Under the pieces are notes generated by a model that saw nothing but the letters and a program-made list of their open reading frames with translations, was not told the DNA's origin and did not search any database. Positions 57,587 through 64,000 of a stretch of 64,000 bases of DNA are shown piece by piece. The translations under genes and the position numbers were made by a program. This DNA comes from Gemmatimonadota bacterium. Its GTDB lineage: Bacteria; Latescibacterota; UBA2968; UBA8231. Every line of letters begins with the position of its first letter. Position 1 is the stretch's first letter. The DNA lies in the NCBI GenBank assembly GCA_038153405.1, contig JAYOYH010000001.1, positions 96,156 through 160,155 on the forward strand, in the 5' to 3' direction.

Positions 57587-58516
57587 ATGATGAGGGAATT
57601 AGCGCGGCGCGCACTGCCGGAGTCGGCCTACTTGCTCGGGCGGCGCTGGGCGCGCCGCCTGCGTCGTCGGGCGGTCCTGCAGCCGCTGGGAGAAGACGAA
57701 TTACTGGAGGTGTTGCGCGGCGGGCTGGGCGTGCGCGAGGGCGAATTGGCCATGGTTCACAGTTCGGTCGACCACCTGCAGCTCGGCTTTTCTTTTACCC
57801 GCTTGTTGCCCCTGCTGCGCGGTGTCGTCGGTGCTGAGGGCACGCTGCTCTTTCCCGCCACCCACTTGCTCGAACGGCCCGAGTGCTGGCTCGAACGCGG
57901 CGAGGTATTTGACGTGCAGCGCGCACCGACTTCGATGGGCCTGTTGCCCGAATTGGCGCGCCGTCAGGCCGATGCCGCGCGCAGCATGCATCCCACCCAT
58001 TCGGTCGTAGCAGTGGGGCCATTGGCCACTAGCCTAGTGGAAACGCATCACTGCGATATCTATCCGTGCGGCGAGCAGAGTCCCTATTATCAGGTGGCTG
58101 CGCGCGGCGGAACGATTTTAGGTTTAGGTGTCGATACAGATGTCCTCACGCTGGTTCACTGCATTGAGGATATTTGGCGCGCGCGCTTTCCCGTGGCTAC
58201 CCACCGCGAGCGCATTTACGAGGCCAGCGTGCGCACGTCAGCAGGCGAAGAGCATACGGTGCGCACGCTGGTGGCTCATCCGCGCATTCGCTGGCGTCGC
58301 ATGCGCGAATTTATGCGCCAGCACGTGGGCAGCGAAATTTGCCGACGCATAGAAGTGGCGGGCCGACCCTTTTATCGGGCCGATGCGGCCGGGCTAGTGC
58401 AGCGCATGGAAGTGCTGGCCGAGCGCGGCATTACGATGTACCGGCGCGGCATCTACCGGGGGCATGCGCTGGAGCCGCTCCTGAGTCGCTGGGCAGAAAA
58501 ACTGGAGGAGAGATGA
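57587..58516 (+). CDS. AAC(3)/YokD-family acyltransferase
   Basis: MVHSS, GTLLFP, SMGLLPE, RSMHPTHS, LGLGV, TLVHCIE; start uncertain (57548 or 57587). Confidence 0.8.
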   Translation: MMRELARRALPESAYLLGRRWARRLRRRAVLQPLGEDELLEVLRGGLGVREGELAMVHSSVDHLQLGFSFTRLLPLLRGVVGAEGTLLFPATHLLERPECWLERGEVFDVQRAPTSMGLLPELARRQADAARSMHPTHSVVAVGPLATSLVETHHCDIYPCGEQSPYYQVAARGGTILGLGVDTDVLTLVHCIEDIWRARFPVATHRERIYEASVRTSAGEEHTVRTLVAHPRIRWRRMREFMRQHVGSEICRRIEVAGRPFYRADAAGLVQRMEVLAERGITMYRRGIYRGHALEPLLSRWAEKLEER

Positions 58517-58806
58517 GTGCAGATGCGGGTGTGGTAGAGCAGGTCGTCGCGGCGGCCATCGCGGAACTCAACTTGCAGCGCGGCGCCGATGAAAAGCTCG
58601 GCGATGGTCCCAGTGCCCTGCTTTTTGGCGATGGCGGTCCCCTCGACTCACTGGGATTAGTCCTGCTCATTGCCGAATTGGAAAATGGGCTTGAACAGGC
58701 CTGCGGCGTGCGCATCAATTTGGCCGACGAAGCGCTATTGGAGGCCGAAGATATGCCTTTCCGCAGCGTTGGAACGCTGCAAAAGTACTTGATTAACTTG
58801 CCGTGA
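58513..58806 (+). CDS. Acyl carrier protein
   Basis: LFGDGGPLDSLGLV (phosphopantetheine Ser), PFRSVGTL; SD GGAGG. Confidence 0.85.
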   Translation: MSADAGVVEQVVAAAIAELNLQRGADEKLGDGPSALLFGDGGPLDSLGLVLLIAELENGLEQACGVRINLADEALLEAEDMPFRSVGTLQKYLINLP

Positions 58807-58816
58807 GGGCACCGCA

Positions 58817-60484
58817 TTGACGCAGATCTGTTTACTCGTTTCCGACTTTAATATCGCTCCGTTGGCCGGCTATTTACGCAACGATGAGGAGCTGCCCATC
58901 GTCGATGTGGTCGAGGCACCGCACGGCGTCGTCGAACCCGTTTTTCTGTCCGAGCACTCCGTGTGGCAGCGCGTGCCGGTCGACGCAGTCGCCCTGGTAT
59001 GGACGCGCCCCGAAGCCATCGCACCGTCCTTTGTCCAGCTACTGCGCGGTGTCCCGCCCCCGGCCGATGTGCTCGAGGGGGAAGTCGACCGCTTTGTCGA
59101 TTTATTGCTCGGCGCTGGGCCGCGCCTGCGCGGCCTATTGGTACCGCTGTGGACCCTGCCTCCATCGGCGCGGGCCGCCGGCATCGGCGATTTTAAGGTG
59201 GGGGGGTGCCAGTGGGCGGTGCAGTGCATGAACGCGCGTCTGGTGCAACGGGCGAGTGAGAGCGCGCTGCTGCACGTACTCGATGCGCAGACGGTGCTGG
59301 CCGCCACCAAGGGGCGCAGCTACGACGCCAAGCTATGGCATAGGGGAAAAATCGCCTTTGCCAATCCCGCACTGCGCCAGCTCGTCGGCGAAGTGAAGGC
59401 CGCGCTGCGCGCCGTGGACGGTCGAGGGAAAAAGCTCGTCGTAGTGGATCTGGACGATACGCTGTGGGGTGGTAGCGTGGGCGAGGTTGGTTGGCAGCAT
59501 CTCAAATTGGGTGGCCACGACTACGTCGGTGAAGCGCACGTCGAATTCCAGCACGCGCTCAAGGGGTTGGCCCAGCGCGGCGTGCTGTTGGCCATTGCCA
59601 GCCGCAACGAAGAGGACGTGGCGCTGCAGGCCATCGATAGCCATCCCGAGATGGTGCTCAGGCGCGGCGATTTTGCCGCCTGGCGCATTGGCTGGGGCGA
59701 TAAGGCGGCCAGCGTTGCCGCGCTGGTCGAAGAGCTCAACATCGGTCTGCAGGACGCGGTCTTTATCGACGACCACCCGGCCGAGCGCGCCCGCGTGCGC
59801 GAGGCGCTGCCCGAGGTGCTGGTGCCCGAGTGGCCGGCCGATCCGGCCTTCTACGCCGAGGCGCTGGCGGGACTGCGCGCCTTTGACAGCGTGGGGTTGA
59901 GCCGAGAAGATCTCGAGCGCACGCGGCTCTATGCCGACGAGCGCAGGCGCCGACAAGCGCGCCATGCCATTGTCTCGCTAGATGATTGGTTGGCCGGCCT
60001 GCAGATGGCGGTGCGCGCCGAAGCGCTGGATGGGGCAAGCCTTGAACGGGCTGCGCAACTGTTGAATAAGACCAATCAGATGAACCTGCGCACGCGCAGG
60101 CTCAGTGCCGAGCAGCTGGCGGCGTGGCCGCAGGAAGGGCGGCGCGAGATATGGACCTTTCGCGTGGCCGACCGCTTTGGCGATGCTGGGCTGTGCGGAC
60201 TGGTGGGGCTGGCCGCCGAGAAGAGCGGCGGATCGATTTGCGATTTCGTGCTCAGCTGCCGCGTCATGGGCCGTGGGGTAGAAGAAACGCTGCTGCACTT
60301 TGCCTCGCTGCGCGCGCGCGAAATGGGCTGGCAAGAACTGCTGGTCGAGGGGTTGCCCACGCCCAAGAACAAACCCTGCCTCGACTTTTTTGCCCGCGCG
60401 CTTGGCTCGGATACCGATGCGGCGTTGACTTGGTCTATCTGCGGCGAATTTGCCCTGCCCAACCACGTTCAACTGCACGCGTGA
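58817..60484 (+). CDS. FkbH-like glyceryl-ACP synthase (HAD-IIIC plus GNAT-like domain)
   Basis: DLDDTLWGG, SRN, FIDD.P.ER, KTNQMNL, DRFGD.G, SCRVMGRGVE. Confidence 0.9.
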   Translation: MTQICLLVSDFNIAPLAGYLRNDEELPIVDVVEAPHGVVEPVFLSEHSVWQRVPVDAVALVWTRPEAIAPSFVQLLRGVPPPADVLEGEVDRFVDLLLGAGPRLRGLLVPLWTLPPSARAAGIGDFKVGGCQWAVQCMNARLVQRASESALLHVLDAQTVLAATKGRSYDAKLWHRGKIAFANPALRQLVGEVKAALRAVDGRGKKLVVVDLDDTLWGGSVGEVGWQHLKLGGHDYVGEAHVEFQHALKGLAQRGVLLAIASRNEEDVALQAIDSHPEMVLRRGDFAAWRIGWGDKAASVAALVEELNIGLQDAVFIDDHPAERARVREALPEVLVPEWPADPAFYAEALAGLRAFDSVGLSREDLERTRLYADERRRRQARHAIVSLDDWLAGLQMAVRAEALDGASLERAAQLLNKTNQMNLRTRRLSAEQLAAWPQEGRREIWTFRVADRFGDAGLCGLVGLAAEKSGGSICDFVLSCRVMGRGVEETLLHFASLRAREMGWQELLVEGLPTPKNKPCLDFFARALGSDTDAALTWSICGEFALPNHVQLHA

Positions 60485-61596
60485 AAACAGTCGCTCACTG
60501 CATATCGCCGTACCTACAAACGGCGGGCCCGTGGATCTACGAGCAGATCAATCGTGCGGCGCGCTACCGACCGATTGTGCTGACTCAGGGGGCGATTAAC
60601 CTGGATGCCTACCCGGTAAAGACGCTATACTCCGCCGAGCGTTTTTCCCCTGTGCAGCGGTTGTGCAATCGCCTGTGGCGCAGAACGCGCAACGAATACC
60701 TGTTTTACGCACCGATCATAGAGCGCGAGGGCGCCGCGCTGCTGCACGCCCACTTCGGCTACGAAGGCTGCCGCGTGCTGCGCGCCCAGCAGCGCAGCCG
60801 ACGACCGCTGCTGACGACGTTTTACGGGGCGGACGCGACGGAGTATCCGCGCTATGCGCGCTGGATGCGGCACTACCATCTCCTCTTTCAGCGCGGCGCG
60901 CTATTCCTGGCCGAGGGAGGTGCTATGGCTGAGCGCTTAGTTGCGCTGGGTTGTCCAGGCGACAAGGTGCGGGTGTGGCACCTGGGAGTCGACGTAGAGC
61001 GCATAGGCTTTGTCGAGCGGGAGCGAGGAGAGCGCGTGCGCCTGTTGATCTGCGCTGGCTTCAAGGAGAAAAAGGGCATTCCCCATGCTCTGCGCGGCCT
61101 AGCAAAGGCCCTGCATATCGCCCCTTTTGACTACGTCTTAACGCTGATTGGCGACGGCGAAGACCGCCGTGAGATCGAGCGGCTAGTCGATGCGCTGGGG
61201 CTGCGCGACCACACCGTGTTCCGCGGCATGCTACCCTATGCGCAGGTGGTCGACGAACTGCCGCAGCACGATATTTTGCTGCAGACCAGCATCACGGCAG
61301 CCAACGGCGATGGCGAAGGAGGGGCACCGGTTGTACTGCTGGATGCGCAGGCCTCGGGCATGCCGATCGTCGGCTCGACGCATGCCGATATTCCCGAATA
61401 CGTGCGCGATGGCGAGAGTGGTTTGCTCGCCGCAGAGGGCGATATCGAGGGCATAGCCGAGCGCATCGTCGACTTGGTAGCGCGCGCGCGGGAATGGCCG
61501 GCTATGGGGCGTGCCGGACGCCAGCACGTCGAGCGCCAATACAGCGCCCGGCGCCAGGTAGAGGCGCTGGAGGCCATTTACGACGAACTGCTCTAG
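60481..61596 (+). CDS. GT4 glycosyltransferase (WcaL-like)
   Basis: HAHFG, TTFYGAD, EKKG, GDGE, S.TA.NGD.EGG.PV.L.DAQA.G, HADIPE. Confidence 0.88.
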   Translation: MKTVAHCISPYLQTAGPWIYEQINRAARYRPIVLTQGAINLDAYPVKTLYSAERFSPVQRLCNRLWRRTRNEYLFYAPIIEREGAALLHAHFGYEGCRVLRAQQRSRRPLLTTFYGADATEYPRYARWMRHYHLLFQRGALFLAEGGAMAERLVALGCPGDKVRVWHLGVDVERIGFVERERGERVRLLICAGFKEKKGIPHALRGLAKALHIAPFDYVLTLIGDGEDRREIERLVDALGLRDHTVFRGMLPYAQVVDELPQHDILLQTSITAANGDGEGGAPVVLLDAQASGMPIVGSTHADIPEYVRDGESGLLAAEGDIEGIAERIVDLVARAREWPAMGRAGRQHVERQYSARRQVEALEAIYDELL

Positions 61597-61615
61597 CGGC
61601 GCTGGAGCGCGTCAC

Positions 61616-62152
61616 TTAGTCTTCGTCGTCGCTCAGCCAGTAGCGCCGATACTCCTCTAAATAGGTCAGGGTATTGAGATCGTCCATGCGATCGGGGAAC
61701 AGCACGCCGTCGAGGTGGTCGACTTCGTGCTGAAGCACGCGGGCAAAAAAGTCGCGCGCGATAAACTCGATCTGCTGCCCGCCGCGGTCTAACCCTCGCA
61801 CTGTCACTTCAATGAAACGCGGCACGACACCGCGCACATCGGGTATACTCAGGCAGCCTTCCCAGCCGGGGCTGCGCTTCTCCGACAGGGCGGTGAGCTC
61901 TGGATTAAAGAGAACGATGAGGGGAATGCCCTCCTCTTCGTCTTCTACTTCGGGATCGCCCAGCACGATGAGGCGCAGGCTTTGAAAGACCTGGGGTGCA
62001 GCTAAGCCGATGCCCTCGTGGTCGATCATTGTTTCGATCATATCATCGACCAAGCGCTGCAGGTCTGGGTCGGCGATGCGCGCCCGATCGATGGGCGCTG
62101 CCTGGCGGCGCAAAATGGGGTGGCCCATGCGCGATACGCGTAGGATCGACAT
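61616..62152 (-). CDS. def: Peptide deformylase
   Basis: GIGLAAPQV, EGCLS, QHEVDHLDG. Confidence 0.95.
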   Translation of the reverse strand: MSILRVSRMGHPILRRQAAPIDRARIADPDLQRLVDDMIETMIDHEGIGLAAPQVFQSLRLIVLGDPEVEDEEEGIPLIVLFNPELTALSEKRSPGWEGCLSIPDVRGVVPRFIEVTVRGLDRGGQQIEFIARDFFARVLQHEVDHLDGVLFPDRMDDLNTLTYLEEYRRYWLSDDED

Positions 62153-62230
62153 CCGAAAAAACTCCTATACATGCAGTGTGTGATGGGTCTGGTTTAATAA
62201 CAGGGCGTGTAAGAGCGCTGTCAAACGCGG

Positions 62231-62839
62231 TTAGCGCACGCCGAGTTGGCCCAGTCGACGGCGCACTTTTTCTGCCTGCTTTGGCTCCATCGCGTCGAGG
62301 GCAGCGGCGCGCTTCTCGGTCGTAAAATGGCGCAGGGTTTGAGCGATGGATTCGTCGTCGAGGGGTGTCAACTCGGCGGCGACGGCTTGGGGTGGCAGTG
62401 CTGCCAACGCCTTGGCCAGCGATTGCAGCATGGAATCGCGATCCTTGGTCAACGCGCCAATTTCGCGGCGCAGTTCGTTTTTGAGCGTTGAAAACTCGCG
62501 CAGCGTCGTCGGATCGGGCTGCAGTGGGCTTGCCGTTGGCGTCGGGGCTTGGGCCTGTTGAGGCACGGGGGGGAGAAGGGGCGGAGCGCTAGAGGTGACC
62601 ACTTCGCTCTGCGTCGTAGGCCGTGTTGTGGCGCGGGCGGGTGTGGTGGAGGGCCGAGTCGGGCTCTGCAACTTCTGCGCTGAGTGGACGGTCTCGGCGC
62701 GCTGTGTTGTCCCGCGGTGTACGCGCTGGGGAGGGGCGCTTGGCCGATCGCTTCCAACGGCGCTCATCATAATAGCTAAGACGATGAAAAAAGAGAGGCT
62801 CATACCTCCAAAGAGAAGTAGCAGTCCTTTGATATTCAT
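62231..62839 (-). CDS. Membrane-anchored protein, MotE/FlbB (MgtE N-terminal)-like
   Basis: N-terminal TM, Pro/Thr-rich linker, coiled coil, LAALPPQAVAAEL..LDD..AAALDAMEPKQA. Confidence 0.5.
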   Translation of the reverse strand: MNIKGLLLLFGGMSLSFFIVLAIMMSAVGSDRPSAPPQRVHRGTTQRAETVHSAQKLQSPTRPSTTPARATTRPTTQSEVVTSSAPPLLPPVPQQAQAPTPTASPLQPDPTTLREFSTLKNELRREIGALTKDRDSMLQSLAKALAALPPQAVAAELTPLDDESIAQTLRHFTTEKRAAALDAMEPKQAEKVRRRLGQLGVR

Positions 62840-62977
62840 GTTCGCAGGAAAGAGGATGTCCGTTCGTTGCGGTCTTGACGAGTCCGTAAGCGATGTGCGC
62901 TCAGCTGCAATAGCACGGTGGGCGACGCCTTGGCCCGCCGTAATCTACGACTCATAGCAAAGCGCGGACCAGAGAAA

Positions 62978-63610
62978 TCAGTCTGGGTTGACGGGCGCCG
63001 TCGCCGCGGTGCGGCAGCAGCGAAACCCGATTAAATCGAGGCGGTATTCGCCGTCTAGAAAGCGTCCGTAGCGCGCATCCGTGCGCGCCATATTGGCGTT
63101 GTGAAAGTAGGATCCCCCGCGCACGGCCCGCCACTGCTGCTGCTGGGAATACCAAGAAGAGGTCCACTCCCACGCGTTGCCGATCATATCGTGCAGGCCG
63201 TAGCTATTGGTGCACTGAGCAAACGCCCCGCTGGGCGCCAGACCGGCACCGCCCACCCATTGGCCATTGCGCTGCAGCGGCGTATTGCAGCGACCAGACT
63301 CGAAGGTTTCTCCATAGCTGTAGGGATAATTTTCCGGTCCGGTCGCCGCGCGCTGCCATTCCTGTTCGGTGCACAGGCGCTTTTCTTCTGCCTGACAGAG
63401 CTGCTCGGCTTGGCCAAAGGTTACGTCAACCATGGGCATGGCGCCGCGTTGGTTGGGGTATTCGTAGACGTCGATAAAGAAGTTGTCGATGAGGACCATG
63501 CCGCCGTCTTGAGTCGATTCGGGCGGCGGTGGGGTGGCAGGCGGGGTCTGCGCCCAATCGGCCGTGGCGAGAGCCAGTAAGATCGCGGTGGCAGCTACGC
63601 ATTGTTTCAT
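62978..63610 (-). CDS. Secreted FGE-sulfatase (SUMF1-like) domain protein
   Basis: IDVYEYPN, KRLCTEQEW..A, GLHDMIGNAWEW, RGGS, GFRCC. Confidence 0.85.
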   Translation of the reverse strand: MKQCVAATAILLALATADWAQTPPATPPPPESTQDGGMVLIDNFFIDVYEYPNQRGAMPMVDVTFGQAEQLCQAEEKRLCTEQEWQRAATGPENYPYSYGETFESGRCNTPLQRNGQWVGGAGLAPSGAFAQCTNSYGLHDMIGNAWEWTSSWYSQQQQWRAVRGGSYFHNANMARTDARYGRFLDGEYRLDLIGFRCCRTAATAPVNPD

Positions 63611-63699
63611 CGCTGTGCCTCAGCTGGGTATATATAGGCGTTTGGAGTCGGTGTGATGCCGCTCGATGATCGGCTTTGAGACCGGGTCCAGCGCGCCTG

Positions 63700-64000
63700 C
63701 TACGGGGCGAAGTGAATGACGCCAAAGCGCGCCGGATGGTGAAAGCCGCGCTGGTAGGTCTCGCTCCACGTGTTGTATTCGGTCTGTTCGCCGTAGCGCT
63801 CGTTGGCGTCGCGCAGCGGCTGCAGCTGGCGCTCCAAGTCGGCCAAGGTGCGCTGCGCATCGGGGCTGAGGCCATCGCGCTGTCCAACGGCCACGCCGCT
63901 TTCCTCCCACAGCGCGGCTATCGCCTGATTGATGGCCTGCGATGCGTCGGCCATTTCATTTAGGGCTAGCTTGGCTTGACGTCCGGCCTTGCGCTCGATG
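63700..64000 (-). CDS. C-terminal part of a hypothetical protein, possibly ending in a CBM9-like motif
   Basis: Frame open to the window edge; ends WSETYQRGFHHPARFGVIHFAP*. Confidence 0.45.
   Translation of the reverse strand, partial: IERKAGRQAKLALNEMADASQAINQAIAALWEESGVAVGQRDGLSPDAQRTLADLERQLQPLRDANERYGEQTEYNTWSETYQRGFHHPARFGVIHFAP

Noticed and set aside
57587..58516. Aminoglycoside resistance gene
   Set aside because: Family-level similarity only; the ACP/FkbH/GT context argues for a biosynthetic role.
63607..63710. Frameshift at the G4 run (63704-63707) or TAG readthrough extending the last gene
   Set aside because: Either would bring the ORF up to the next gene, but FHHPARFGVIHF is also a plausible natural C-terminus; undecidable without homologs or reads.
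1..64000. rRNA, tRNA, CRISPR array, IS/transposase, prophage or defence system
   Set aside because: No repeat-spacer pattern, tRNA arms, or transposase, integrase or phage motifs seen; the intergenic gaps are short.

Overview
A 64-kb, GC-rich, gene-dense bacterial chromosome segment. It is probably from an FCB-group candidate lineage (Ca. Latescibacterota-like); this is an inference from a C-terminal TWGxxK motif and the gene families present. I found no rRNA, tRNA, CRISPR array, prophage or IS element. Housekeeping genes: thrS, proS, glcB, nadC, aspC-like, folA, rpiA, def and lgt. Transport: a TRAP transporter, an MCE/Mla-type operon, and a pair of Zn-ribbon-bearing ABC exporters. Many catabolic-type hydrolases and oxidoreductases fill the rest. 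Most notable: (1) an apparently complete ribosome-mediated transcription attenuator in front of thrS (promoter, Thr-rich 44-aa leader peptide, alternative 1:2/2:3/3:4 pairings, terminator); (2) an AAC(3)-family / ACP / FkbH / GT4 operon with a divergent (alpha/alpha)6-barrel gene, suggesting ACP-dependent N-glyceroylation of a glycan; (3) an MCE operon carrying its own probable outer-membrane beta-barrel, next to DAG-kinase, fatty acyl-CoA reductase and lgt genes; (4) a structured leader ending in a terminator-like hairpin upstream of the ABC exporter pair; (5) a sulfotransferase-like gene split by a one-base homopolymer frameshift. All product calls come from motif recognition by eye; no searches were run.
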